64,000 nt of DNA from Acholeplasmatales bacterium (GCA_024698125.1 JAILRQ010000014.1:2679-66678), one strand, 5' to 3'. Counted from the first letter of the stretch, positions 28,192-37,495 are shown. The notes: a model not told the origin generated them from the letters alone. Program-made: numbers and translations.

Positions 28192-28842
28192 TTAGAATCG
28201 AGTCACTTTTAAATTATCATATATTTCTTTACAATTTATTCTAGATTGCTTCTTATAGCATATAATAGAAACTGTATTATTATCCATTAAATAGTCATAA
28301 ACTACCTTTGCTACAAAATCCTTTCCAGTTCTTTCTTGCATATTATTATCCTGATACTTATAGTATATAACATAGGCATTTACTGGTCCTACATTTGGAT
28401 TACGGTTTAATTCTGCACTTGTAATTGTTCCAGTTGTAAAGTACTGATACTTCATATTAAGCATTGGTCTTACAATAGCTATTATACAAAATATTATTGT
28501 AAGGCTTAGTAATGCTGGTACTACATATAATCCCTTTGCATATCCTGCGTTAAATGGAATTCTAAATCCTTCGGTAGTCATAACTATTGAAAAAATTAAA
28601 AATACAAATCCTTCAGCGATAAACTTTTTACCACCTATATCCATCTTAGCTGAAGCAATACCCATCCATACTGTACCCATAAATAATCCAAATAAATAAA
28701 GTCCACTTACTATATAAAATGCAATGTTTGCTCTGATTAAATCTCTTGTTCTATCAGCTATTTCAATTTTATTTAAAAATACTGGTGCAAAAATAGCTAA
28801 AGCTAGTAGCCCTACTGAAATTAAAATCTTTAAATACTTCAT
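28192..28842 (-). CDS. membrane protein, unknown function
   Basis: 216 aa with about five TM helices then a soluble tail. SD GTGGAGGA. Confidence 0.55.
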   Translation of the reverse strand: MKYLKILISVGLLALAIFAPVFLNKIEIADRTRDLIRANIAFYIVSGLYLFGLFMGTVWMGIASAKMDIGGKKFIAEGFVFLIFSIVMTTEGFRIPFNAGYAKGLYVVPALLSLTIIFCIIAIVRPMLNMKYQYFTTGTITSAELNRNPNVGPVNAYVIYYKYQDNNMQERTGKDFVAKVVYDYLMDNNTVSIICYKKQSRINCKEIYDNLKVTRF

Positions 28843-28870
28843 CTTGATCCTCCACTATTAAACAATTTTA

Positions 28871-28899
28871 ATTTTAAGATATAATTATCTTTTTTTCAA
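28871..28899 (-). promoter_or_regulatory. promoter TTGAAA-17-TAAAAT for the 28192..28842 gene
   Basis: Minus strand reads ttgaaa aaaagataattatatct taaaat. Confidence 0.5.
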
Positions 28900-28920
28900 T
28901 AAAAAGCTTAAAACTATGAT

Positions 28921-29013
28921 CAAAAACAAAAAAGCACAGTTATACACTGTGCCTTAATGCAAATATACTTGGGGGTATATTTTAAATAGAGAGTTTTTTG
29001 CAGCAAATGCTGC
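28921..29013 (-). ncRNA. candidate ~90-nt small RNA with its own promoter and terminator, class unknown
   Basis: Hairpins tgcagc-attt-gctgca and atatac-cccca-agtatat. Terminator gcacagt-gtata-actgtgc followed by ttttttgttttt. No SD or ORF. Confidence 0.45.
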
Positions 29014-29019
29014 ACATTT

Positions 29020-29048
29020 AATATAAACCCATTCTAAATAATTGTCAA
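29020..29048 (-). promoter_or_regulatory. promoter TTGACA-17-TATATT for the ~90-nt transcript
   Basis: Minus strand reads ttgaca attatttagaatgggtt tatatt. Confidence 0.55.
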
Positions 29049-29154
29049 ATAGAAATTATATATTAAACTAGTGCTTCTACATTGAATTATAATGTAATGA
29101 ACATTCAAATCATTTTAAACATATTATCATCTTTGAGATATAATCATTCTCATG

Positions 29155-29178
29155 AAAAAAACGTGGCTTTCACCACGA
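29155..29178 (-). terminator. rho-independent terminator after the 54-aa ORF
   Basis: Minus strand reads cgtgg-tgaaag-ccacg followed by ttttttt. Confidence 0.7.
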
Positions 29179-29185
29179 CTCTTTC

Positions 29186-29350
29186 CTACTTAATTTTATT
29201 TAGCATTGACTCTACTAAATCCTTTTGCTCTAAAAGCTCCTTTGTAGTAGCTTCATCAGATTTTTGAATTAAGTCCTGAAGTTCTGATTTTTCTGTTAAT
29301 AAAATACCTTTTAATGCTTGTAATTCTTCATTTGTTAAATCTAATTTCAT
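29186..29350 (-). CDS. unannotated 54-aa coiled-coil-like protein
   Basis: Hand translation: MKLDLTNEELQALKGILLTEKSELQDLIQKSDEATTKELLEQKDLVESMLNKIK*. SD AAAGGAG lies 8 nt upstream. It has its own extended -10 and terminator. Confidence 0.55.
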   Translation of the reverse strand: MKLDLTNEELQALKGILLTEKSELQDLIQKSDEATTKELLEQKDLVESMLNKIK

Positions 29351-29386
29351 AATTGTGTGCTCCTTTTCTGGTCCCTTGTTAATATT

Positions 29387-29395
29387 ATTATATCA
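29387..29395 (-). promoter_or_regulatory. extended -10 element TGATATAAT for the 54-aa ORF
   Basis: Minus strand reads tgatataat, about 37 nt upstream of the ATG at 29350. Confidence 0.5.
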
Positions 29396-29401
29396 CATAA
29401 T

Positions 29402-29618
29402 AAAAAAAAGTTCACTCCGTCGAGTGAACCTGACAAACATATTCAAATGTTACTTAAGAAGCCTTTCTGGGACGTCGCTCCCGAGCCCACCGAAGTGCCA
29501 GACTTTCACCGCTGGAAGTCGCTTCCAAGATTTTCCCGTATAGGACTTACTTCAAATCAGCCATACCGCCTATCCATTACGTTAATGGACGTTTTCTAGC
29601 GTCTCGCAGTTGCCTTAC
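29402..29618 (-). ncRNA. ~215-nt G+C-rich structured RNA, class not recognised (raiA-motif-like or 6S-like size)
   Basis: A TATAAT box (29625-29630) lies upstream. Hand-drawn GC-rich hairpins: gacg..cgtc, ccatta-acg-taatgg, ggaag-cga-cttcc, cac-ttcg-gtg, ggga..tccc. It ends in an 8-bp terminator gttcactc-gacg-gagtgaac plus eight T. G+C is far above the flanks. No SD-led ORF. Confidence 0.55.
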
Positions 29619-29624
29619 AATATT

Positions 29625-29651
29625 ATTATAGTATATTTTTAAAAAAATCAA
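29625..29651 (-). promoter_or_regulatory. candidate promoter (TTGATT-15-TATAAT) for the structured RNA
   Basis: Minus strand reads ttgatt tttttaaaaatatac tataat. The spacer is short, so this is tentative. Confidence 0.4.
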
Positions 29652-29671
29652 CTATTTTTTGATTCCAAGTA

Positions 29672-30835
29672 TTATGCATCAATATGCTTAAGCGTTGTAT
29701 TACTATGAACAATGGCATTACTACTTACATTTGATAATTCTCCACCATATTCAATATATTCAAGTGTTGTGCAGTTATAGAATGCCTCTGATCCTATACC
29801 TAATATATCTTGGTAAACAACAAATTTGTTTATCCATAAGCATTTATAGAAGGCTTTTGATTTAATATCTACATTTGCATAAATATATATGTCATTAATA
29901 GCTGACAATCCCATAAATGCTTCAGTATCTATTACCACATCCTCTGAAGATTGGATTTTTATTGATTTTAGATTACTAAATGTGGGCAATGCATTGCTAC
30001 AAATATATGATGCATCATAAATAGAAATATTTGATATTAAAATAAGCTCTTCTGTAATTGGTGATGTAATATCACCATGTATTTCTAGACGATATAAACT
30101 AGTTGGAACATAGTTTTCTCCAACCAAATATGACTCTTTTGTCTCCTCTGTTCCAAAAAGACTAGCAATACTTGTAACTTTACTTGTGTTATAGCCAATA
30201 GTGTCAAGATTACTACATCCCTCAAGTGCAGAGTCACTAATAGTATTATTTGGCATATCTATTGTACCTACCATACTAAGGCCTTCGAAGGCATGGTATG
30301 GTATGTAGGCATCTGATGATAAATCTATTTGATATAAAAGCGTTGGTATTGTGTATGTATTTGATACATTGGCTTTATTTGTTTGTGTGACATTTAAAAA
30401 ATTATTATCTGCATCTTCTATATATCCAAATATATAACCAAATGTATTATAGTCAACTGCATCACTATCTACTTCCTTATCACCTACATATGGAATCTCT
30501 ATTATTTCAAGATTACTACATCCCTCAAATGCTCCATATCCTATTTTTTCAACGCTTGAAGGAATACTAGCGCCTATACAAGAGCTATTTCTAAAAGCGT
30601 ACTCAGCAATTTCCTTTACAGGAATACCTTCATAGCTATCTTTAATTGATATATAATTAGTATCCTCATCCGCTTCAAATCCAGTTACAACATAATAAGA
30701 TTCATCATCTGATAGAGTATATTTAACAGTCATATCTACATGTACTCTACATCCTGTTGTAATACTTAAAATAAACACACATAAGAATAACACAAAAACT
30801 ATTCTTATTCTAAATAGCTTTAAAAATCTCCCCAT
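29672..30835 (-). CDS. BspA-type leucine-rich-repeat surface lipoprotein
   Basis: Signal peptide with lipobox LSITTGC. Repeated FEGCSNLE/ALEGCSNLD/FYNCTTLE LRR_5-type motifs. Confidence 0.75.
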   Translation of the reverse strand: MGRFLKLFRIRIVFVLFLCVFILSITTGCRVHVDMTVKYTLSDDESYYVVTGFEADEDTNYISIKDSYEGIPVKEIAEYAFRNSSCIGASIPSSVEKIGYGAFEGCSNLEIIEIPYVGDKEVDSDAVDYNTFGYIFGYIEDADNNFLNVTQTNKANVSNTYTIPTLLYQIDLSSDAYIPYHAFEGLSMVGTIDMPNNTISDSALEGCSNLDTIGYNTSKVTSIASLFGTEETKESYLVGENYVPTSLYRLEIHGDITSPITEELILISNISIYDASYICSNALPTFSNLKSIKIQSSEDVVIDTEAFMGLSAINDIYIYANVDIKSKAFYKCLWINKFVVYQDILGIGSEAFYNCTTLEYIEYGGELSNVSSNAIVHSNTTLKHIDA

Positions 30836-30922
30836 ATTTAATTTTCTCCCTTGCTTAATTTACTTTAAATATAACCAATTTTTTATATATAGTCAACAAT
30901 AAACAAAGGCCATCATATCCCT

Positions 30923-31585
30923 TTATTTGTTGCTTAAGGCAAAACTTTTATCTATAAGCTTTAAAATGAAGTCATCAGGATGTGTGTCATCAAGTATTAT
31001 TGTTACCCACTTCTTTTTATTCATATGATAAGCTTGGAAGATATCCCTATTATTTATATAATCTAGGGCTTCATCCCCTAGATTTATATCAATAATATCA
31101 ATAATCTTCTTATCACTACCATAAATCTTAGACTCTTCTACATCCATAATTATGGTAATCCACTTTTTAGTTTTATTATTCCTATATACCTTATAGCCTG
31201 GATACTTTTCCCACAGGGCTTCAGGCAATGAGTTATATAGCTTATTTAAGGCTTTATCAATTCTATTAGCTTGATTTGATTGATGTACTAGTTCTATGTA
31301 GCAGTTATCTCTTATATCCTTTAAAGCTTTACTGCATTCATCTCTAAGGCTTGTAAGAAATGAACCATCATTTATAGAATCTATTAATGTATATTCCTCA
31401 TTAAAATCATTATCATAAAGCTTTGCAGTAAGAATATTATTATCTATTACAACACTAAGTGTAAAGGAGTTATCCTTTATACCTATGGTTTTAATATATT
31501 TATTATTATCTTTTGTAAATCCATATGGTAATAATTTATCTTTGTTTAATTTATAGCCCTTAAACAATTCCTTTGTAAGCTTCAT
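30923..31585 (-). CDS. MmcQ/YjbR family protein with an N-terminal extension
   Basis: The C-terminal half YKVYRNNKTKKWITIIMD...AYHMNKKKWVTIILDD matches the YjbR fold signature. Confidence 0.6.
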   Translation of the reverse strand: MKLTKELFKGYKLNKDKLLPYGFTKDNNKYIKTIGIKDNSFTLSVVIDNNILTAKLYDNDFNEEYTLIDSINDGSFLTSLRDECSKALKDIRDNCYIELVHQSNQANRIDKALNKLYNSLPEALWEKYPGYKVYRNNKTKKWITIIMDVEESKIYGSDKKIIDIIDINLGDEALDYINNRDIFQAYHMNKKKWVTIILDDTHPDDFILKLIDKSFALSNK

Positions 31586-31660
31586 ATAATCATCCCTTTA
31601 ACATATTATAGCACTTAAAAGAGAAAGGATATCTTTTAAAGATATCCCTTCATTAATTTA

Positions 31661-32836
31661 TTAGTAATTTTCACAGTTTAGCTCAAAGTATGACTGTGGA
31701 TGTAGACATACAGGACATACCTCTGGGGCCTTTGTACCTACTACAATATGACCACAGTTTCTACACTCCCATACCTTAACCTCAGACTTCTTAAATACCT
31801 CTTGAGCTTCTACATTATGAAGTAAGGCTCTATATCTTTCCTCATGATGCTTCTCAATTGCAGCTACAGCTCTAAACTTAGCTGCAAGCTCAGGGAATCC
31901 TTCCTCATCTGCAGTTTTTGCGAATCCATCATACATGTCAGTCCACTCATAGTTCTCACCATTAGCAGCCTCTTCGAGATTTTGCGCTGTATTTCCAATT
32001 CCATCAAGCTCCTTAAACCATAGCTTTGCATGCTCCTTCTCGTTGTCAGCTGTCTTTAGGAATAGAGCTGCTATCTGCTCAAATCCTTCCTTCTTGGCAA
32101 CTGATGCAAAGTATGTGTATTTATTTCTTGCTTGTGATTCTCCAGCAAATGCTGTTTCTAGATTCTTTTGTGTTTGAGTTCCCTCATACTTGTTCTTCTT
32201 TACCTCATTTGTAATTTCTACAAGCTTGTCACCCTTAGCTCCACACTTAGGGCAAACTGGTTCAACACCATCCTCTACAGTAAATACCTCTCCACATATT
32301 AAGCACTTATAAGTTTTCATTTTTTTATTCTCCTTCCTATTATCATTGTTTGGCAATTTTTTTAAAAGCTTTTCTACTATATCTATTGGTAAATCCAATA
32401 AATCCTTATTATTTTTAAGCTTCTCTAATAATTTATGTGTATTATCACTTTGTGGAAGCATATATCCTGATTCTCTTGCTAAATCCTCTGCTATTAATCT
32501 TTCCGACCTAGAAACTGCCTTCATAAGCCTATATAGACCATCCTTATTGCTATTCTTGGCAATAGCTAAGGCAATTGCTTCCTCTTTAGATTTATTTTGA
32601 ATCATTTTATTTAATCTTCCAACCACCTGGTCACTCTTGACCTGTTGTGGTGGGTATTCTAGTGGAAGCATGCTAATCGCCTTGCTAGGGCATGCTTCTA
32701 CACATAAACCACAGCCATCACATTTAGTGATATCAATTACACTGTCCTCTGTATCTGTAGCTCCATATGGACATACAAATAAGCATAGACAATCCTTAGT
32801 ACATAATCTAAGATTTCTTACGGCTACCTTTTTCAT
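31661..32836 (-). CDS. fusion protein: 2x[4Fe-4S] ferredoxin domain, linker, rubredoxin-like, rubrerythrin diiron, C-terminal rubredoxin-like
   Basis: [10 protein letters not shown] and [12 protein letters not shown] are ferredoxin motifs. CLICGE...CPKCG is rubredoxin-like. [10 protein letters not shown]...EKEHAKLW...EKHHEERY are ferritin-like ExxH pairs. CRNCGH...CPVC is the C-terminal rubredoxin-like site. Confidence 0.8.
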   Translation of the reverse strand: MKKVAVRNLRLCTKDCLCLFVCPYGATDTEDSVIDITKCDGCGLCVEACPSKAISMLPLEYPPQQVKSDQVVGRLNKMIQNKSKEEAIALAIAKNSNKDGLYRLMKAVSRSERLIAEDLARESGYMLPQSDNTHKLLEKLKNNKDLLDLPIDIVEKLLKKLPNNDNRKENKKMKTYKCLICGEVFTVEDGVEPVCPKCGAKGDKLVEITNEVKKNKYEGTQTQKNLETAFAGESQARNKYTYFASVAKKEGFEQIAALFLKTADNEKEHAKLWFKELDGIGNTAQNLEEAANGENYEWTDMYDGFAKTADEEGFPELAAKFRAVAAIEKHHEERYRALLHNVEAQEVFKKSEVKVWECRNCGHIVVGTKAPEVCPVCLHPQSYFELNCENY

Positions 32837-33480
32837 TTTAACCCCTCCATTCTTTCAAACTTCCATGAAGGGACCTTACATACAGGGCAAAGCTCTGGTG
32901 GATTGTCTCCTATATATACAAATCCACATACTGAGCAAACCCAGATGTCGGTATCCTTAAGCATTTTCTCTCCTTCGCTTTGATACCTATTAACAAGTGA
33001 TGCTAGCATTCTTGTTACCTTATCTCCCCAAACACTTGCTCTTGCAGCACCTCTATCCTCATTATCTAGACAGAAATCCTTTAAAGAATTATATTCCTTA
33101 ATATCAGCATTTAAGAGATCTAGTAAATCTATAACCTTAGCATTTTCTTCAAGTGGTCTAATACCATCAAAATATCTAGCAAGACTCAAAAACATCTCCT
33201 GCTCTTCCTTAAGCATTTGCTTTTCACAAGCTCTTGCAAGGTTTGAACACAAAGCTCCCATCTCACCAACATTTAGCTTAACTAAATCATAATCTATATT
33301 AGGGGATTTCTTATCCTCTTTTATAGTTTCTTCCTCCATTGGTGCAAAATCAGATTTGGATGCTCCACATAATGGGCATTTCCAATCATCAGGAAGCTCG
33401 TCAAATGGTACCTTCTCCTTTGACTCGTCATATATGTATCCGCAAACTTGGCATACGAACTTCATATAATATCCTCCCAT
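32833..33480 (-). CDS. protein with N-terminal rubredoxin and C-terminal rubredoxin-like zinc/iron ribbon around a helical core
   Basis: [13 protein letters not shown]...[13 protein letters not shown] is a canonical rubredoxin. [10 protein letters not shown]...CPVCKV is at the C-terminus. ATGA overlap with the downstream gene. Confidence 0.7.
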   Translation of the reverse strand: MGGYYMKFVCQVCGYIYDESKEKVPFDELPDDWKCPLCGASKSDFAPMEEETIKEDKKSPNIDYDLVKLNVGEMGALCSNLARACEKQMLKEEQEMFLSLARYFDGIRPLEENAKVIDLLDLLNADIKEYNSLKDFCLDNEDRGAARASVWGDKVTRMLASLVNRYQSEGEKMLKDTDIWVCSVCGFVYIGDNPPELCPVCKVPSWKFERMEGLK

Positions 33481-33549
33481 ATGTTAAATTTTTACAACGC
33501 TTATCTCTACAATTATTTTAACATATAAATACCATTTTGCAAAATTTCA

Positions 33550-33584
33550 AAAAAATAAAGGAATTATCCATATGGATAATCCCC
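33550..33584 (-). terminator. rho-independent terminator after the giant surface protein gene
   Basis: Minus strand reads ggggattatcca-ta-tggataattcc followed by tttattttttt. Confidence 0.65.
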
Positions 33585-33655
33585 TTATATTTTACTTATC
33601 TATAACAGTTATAATAGATTTTCCTTCAAGCTCCTTAAGATTTAAATAGTAGCTA

Positions 33656-36600
33656 TTATTCTTGTACAAGTACCCTATTCTTTCTTGCGTATAGATAATA
33701 GAATACTGCACCTATTACAAGTATAGAAGCAAGAATCATTGCGGTTATACCAAATGCACATTGATGAATGATTATTACTACTATATCTAGTACAAGATTT
33801 AGAAGTAATACTATACAAGATATTAAAGCAATTCTTTCATCCTTATCTTTTAGTTTATCCTTGAATGGCTTTATTCTAAGTATTACATATACACAAGCTG
33901 TAACTACAAGCATTATATTAATAATTAGAATTAACCATCCTCCACAGAATCCATGCTCATCCTCAGAGATGATGAATGCGAACTCAGATAGCTTATCAAT
34001 TCTTGTTACTAGGTAACCATCCTCAATAACATATGTTCCAATAGCTGCCTCTTCACCAAGACTTACTAATGTAATATCTGTTTCACTATGAGCATGTACT
34101 AGCTTGAAGCTATCATCTAATAATTCAGTAGGAACCTTAATCTTAATTGTAATAATTGTACCTTCCTTTAAATCACTAGGCTGAATAGGTACTCCGTTTA
34201 ATGATAATATAACATCATATACCTGACTTAGCTTATCATTCTTTCCAAGTAAGCTAGAATAATCAACATTTAAAGATTCTCCTTCAACCATAACAGCCTC
34301 TTGAACCTTTACCTTAACCTCTAATGAAACATTATCATCAAATCCTTCATCACTAGAGATAACTACAAGTGGTTTTCCTGTTTCTTCATCTACTACTGTA
34401 TTATCAATCTCTTGCTTATAAATAGACCAGCTTAGATTTGGAATTACAACCTCCTTGTAATTATCAGTATCATATGTAAGAGTAGCTATGGCAACATAGT
34501 TACCAACCAAAGTCTTAACATTATCAGTATATGTAACCTCAATTAAGCTTGGAACATTAAGTAGTGATACAGTCTTTTCTTCTCCATCATAGATGAAGGC
34601 TTGTGTATAATCCCAGCTTACATTTGACATATCAATTGTAGCTCTATCTACAGTAAATACATACTCTAAGGCTTCAATTGTTCCATCCTCCCAAGTATAG
34701 TTAGATGTATCATTTAATGTTACTGTAACTATTTGAGAGCCTGCATCAGTTCTAGTTATATTATCAGATATTGTATATAAAGTACTTATAGCTAATGTAT
34801 ATGTCTTTACTGATCCATCATATACAAAGATAGTTTCATTTGCTGTAGGTGCTTCTATTTTAGCCTTATTTACTACTACATTTACTGTATCTGTAGTAGC
34901 TAAATAGTTATCAGATGCAGCAGCGTTAACTTTTACTGTATACTCTCCTACATTTGTAAAGCTATTATCTTCATAACTAATTGTTCCAGTACCAGTGGCC
35001 CCTGTAATTGATAGGGCCTCTCCTGTATATGTGAACTCATTAACTACACCTGTTATATCAATTGATCCTGCAGCCTTATTTACCACTACATTAACTGTAG
35101 CTGTAGCGGCTAAATAGTTATCACTTGCAGCAGAGTTAATTGTTACTGTATACTTTCCAGCATTAGTAAAGCTATTATCTTCATAACTAATTGTTCCAGT
35201 TCCTGTAGCCCCTGTAATTGACTTAGCAGTTCCATCATATGTGAACTCATTAACTACATTTGTTGTATCAATTGAACCTGCAGCCTTATTTACTACTACA
35301 TCAACTGTAGTTGCAGCGGCTAAATAGTTATCAGATGCAGCAGAGTTAACTGTGACTATATACTGTCCTGCATTTGTAAAGCTATTATCTTCATAACTAA
35401 TTGTTCCAGTTCCTGTAGCTCCACTAATTGACTTAACAGTTCCATCATATGTGAACTCATTAACTACACCTGTTATATCAATTGAACCTGTAGCCTTATG
35501 TACTACTACATCTACTGTAGTTGTAGCGACTAAATAGTTATCACTTGCAGCAGAGTTAATTGTTACTGTATACTCTCCAGCATTAGTAAAACTATTATCT
35601 TCATAACTAATTGTTCCAGTTCCTGTAGCTCCACTAATTGACTTAACAGTTCCATCATATGTGAACTCCTTAACTACATCTGTTGTATCAATTGAACCTG
35701 TAGCCTTTAAAATTGTAAATGTGTACTCTAAATCATCTGTTGTACCATCACTCCAACCATATGAATCCTTATCATTTAAGGATACAATAACAGTTTGAGT
35801 TCCAGCATCAGTTCTTGTATTGTTAGTAATAGTATATGCACCATTTTCTTCTAAATCAAATGTCTGCTCTAGACCATTATAAGTATATGTTGCTGTAGTT
35901 TCTGGTTTATCTATTACTGTTCTAGATGTTGTCCACTGAGCATATAGGACAATATCACTAGAAACTATAATTTCACCTCCTGCAGCATATGCAGTTCCAC
36001 TTCCATCGGATTTTGTATTCCATCCATTGAAAACATAGAATCCAAAGTCAAGAGAATCACCTGAAAGGGCTGTTGCATTGTAGGTTTGACTATCACTACT
36101 GTAATAATAATTTGTACTATCAACAACACTACCTGTACCACCATTAGCGTCATAAGTGATGTTTACTACTAATGCCGCTTCATTAGTAGATAAAAGTACA
36201 GTCTTATATCCGGCATCAGATGAAAAATAATCTGATACCTTCTTATCACTCATGTAGGTATTAAATCCAGATGTAAACTCACCTGTATTATTATTTAATG
36301 TAACTCCAATAGGACTAGCTGCGGTTAAGGCTCCATTAAGGTATACTAAACCGCCACTTTCTATCTTTAAATTACAAGTACTATCTGATAAAGTATTATC
36401 CTTAATTGTAACATTACCAGCTAAACGAATAGATGTAGCATCTACTCCTCCACCCAAATTATTTACAATATTAATTTCATTTGATGATTCTGATGCATCA
36501 AGATTTAATAAATGTCCATCTGATTCAAGCTTTGCAGATGATATTCCATATCCTGTGTTGTTTGAAATATTACCATTATAAACTGTAATACTAGCCTTTC

Positions 36601-37345
36601 CATAGCACCATGCTGATGATAAACCATGTCCTGTATTATGCTCTATTGATCCACCATACATATAAAAATATCCAGTTCTTACAGCTGTAGCATATCCTTG
36701 AGAACGTACATTAATTCCAGCTCCCTGCTCAGATACATTATACATTACAGTTCCACCATACATATTCATAGTACCATTTACTACTTCGATTCCACCACCA
36801 AAGCCCGCTTTATTACCTAAAACTGTACCACCATACATATTAAGTGTTCCACTCCATACTAGGATAGCTCCACCATCTCCCCAGTAATAGGCAGATTGCT
36901 CAAAACCTGATCCACCATTACCACCAGTGATATATCCACCACTAAATGAATAGGTACCTGAGGTATCATTTACATTATTAGCTAAACCGGTATCACTTAC
37001 ATCAAAATAATGAGTTGTTGAACCATAATCATATAAATTAAGCGTAGCTCCATTCATAGATATAACTCTTCCTGATGTTGTAATAATACCATATCCATTT
37101 AAATCTAGGTTATATGTACCTGAAGTTATTGTCCAAGATGTTGATATTGTTACATTTGATGTTAAATAATAGCTTCCCTCGGATGTTGGAAGCGATGTTG
37201 TACTAGTCCATTCTGTATAACCTGAATGTACATCATCTGCAAAAACATCCTTGTTCTTATAGCCTAAAAATGCTATAGAAGCAATTGATAGCACTATCAA
37301 GGCTATTACACGCCAAAAAAGGCTAAATAGTCGATTAGTTTTCAT
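33656..37345 (-). CDS. 1229-aa cell-surface protein: signal peptide, beta-helix-like Gly-rich region, Listeria-Bacteroides (Flg_new) repeat, MBG-type repeats, C-terminal TM anchor
   Basis: The MYGGT(V/I) motif recurs in the Gly-rich N-terminal region. YDANGGTGSV...FNGWNTKSDGSGTAY is the Flg_new repeat. There are repeated 70-aa units FTYDGT.KSI.GATGTGTISYEDNSFTNAG.YTVT.NSAASDNYL. C-terminal hydrophobic helices are present. Confidence 0.8.
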   Translation of the reverse strand: MKTNRLFSLFWRVIALIVLSIASIAFLGYKNKDVFADDVHSGYTEWTSTTSLPTSEGSYYLTSNVTISTSWTITSGTYNLDLNGYGIITTSGRVISMNGATLNLYDYGSTTHYFDVSDTGLANNVNDTSGTYSFSGGYITGGNGGSGFEQSAYYWGDGGAILVWSGTLNMYGGTVLGNKAGFGGGIEVVNGTMNMYGGTVMYNVSEQGAGINVRSQGYATAVRTGYFYMYGGSIEHNTGHGLSSAWCYGKASITVYNGNISNNTGYGISSAKLESDGHLLNLDASESSNEINIVNNLGGGVDATSIRLAGNVTIKDNTLSDSTCNLKIESGGLVYLNGALTAASPIGVTLNNNTGEFTSGFNTYMSDKKVSDYFSSDAGYKTVLLSTNEAALVVNITYDANGGTGSVVDSTNYYYSSDSQTYNATALSGDSLDFGFYVFNGWNTKSDGSGTAYAAGGEIIVSSDIVLYAQWTTSRTVIDKPETTATYTYNGLEQTFDLEENGAYTITNNTRTDAGTQTVIVSLNDKDSYGWSDGTTDDLEYTFTILKATGSIDTTDVVKEFTYDGTVKSISGATGTGTISYEDNSFTNAGEYTVTINSAASDNYLVATTTVDVVVHKATGSIDITGVVNEFTYDGTVKSISGATGTGTISYEDNSFTNAGQYIVTVNSAASDNYLAAATTVDVVVNKAAGSIDTTNVVNEFTYDGTAKSITGATGTGTISYEDNSFTNAGKYTVTINSAASDNYLAATATVNVVVNKAAGSIDITGVVNEFTYTGEALSITGATGTGTISYEDNSFTNVGEYTVKVNAAASDNYLATTDTVNVVVNKAKIEAPTANETIFVYDGSVKTYTLAISTLYTISDNITRTDAGSQIVTVTLNDTSNYTWEDGTIEALEYVFTVDRATIDMSNVSWDYTQAFIYDGEEKTVSLLNVPSLIEVTYTDNVKTLVGNYVAIATLTYDTDNYKEVVIPNLSWSIYKQEIDNTVVDEETGKPLVVISSDEGFDDNVSLEVKVKVQEAVMVEGESLNVDYSSLLGKNDKLSQVYDVILSLNGVPIQPSDLKEGTIITIKIKVPTELLDDSFKLVHAHSETDITLVSLGEEAAIGTYVIEDGYLVTRIDKLSEFAFIISEDEHGFCGGWLILIINIMLVVTACVYVILRIKPFKDKLKDKDERIALISCIVLLLNLVLDIVVIIIHQCAFGITAMILASILVIGAVFYYLYARKNRVLVQE
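34868..35707 (-). repeat. four tandem 210-bp (70-aa) near-identical repeats inside the surface-protein gene
   Basis: tcataactaattgttccagt recurs at 34971, 35181, 35391 and 35601 (exact 210-nt period). Units are roughly 85-90% identical by eye. Confidence 0.85.
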
Positions 37346-37463
37346 ATTGACCCCTCCTCAATATATATATTAATTTTTATAGTTATCGTATTTCCTCAAC
37401 TTAATTATATTATTTTTTTAAAAAAAACACAAATTTTATAATAAATATATTGCTGAAGCAATA

Positions 37464-37488
37464 GAAAAAACCGGTATAAAACCGGTCT
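37464..37488 (-). terminator. rho-independent terminator
   Basis: Minus strand reads accggt-tttat-accggt followed by tttttt. Confidence 0.65.
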
Positions 37489-37495
37489 TAAATAA

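Noticed and set aside
29082-29599. Plus-strand ORFs 29082..29267, 29355..29543 and 29357..29599
   Set aside because: They overlap the minus-strand 54-aa gene, the terminators and the GC-rich RNA. Promoter and terminator polarity supports the minus strand, and none has an SD.
29402-29618. Identifying the GC-rich RNA as tmRNA, RNase P, SRP RNA or a common riboswitch
   Set aside because: It lacks the tRNA-like 3' end and tag ORF of tmRNA, the GAGGAAAGTCC P4 motif and ~400-nt size of RNase P, and the GGAAGCAGC domain IV motif of SRP. It also lacks the core motifs I recall for T-box, B12, FMN, TPP, SAM-I, lysine, glycine and c-di-GMP-I. The class is left open.
31661-33480. The rubredoxin/rubrerythrin pair as a novel system
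   Set aside because: The components are standard anaerobe oxidative-stress proteins. Only the fusion and internal-start detail is kept, as a low-interest finding.
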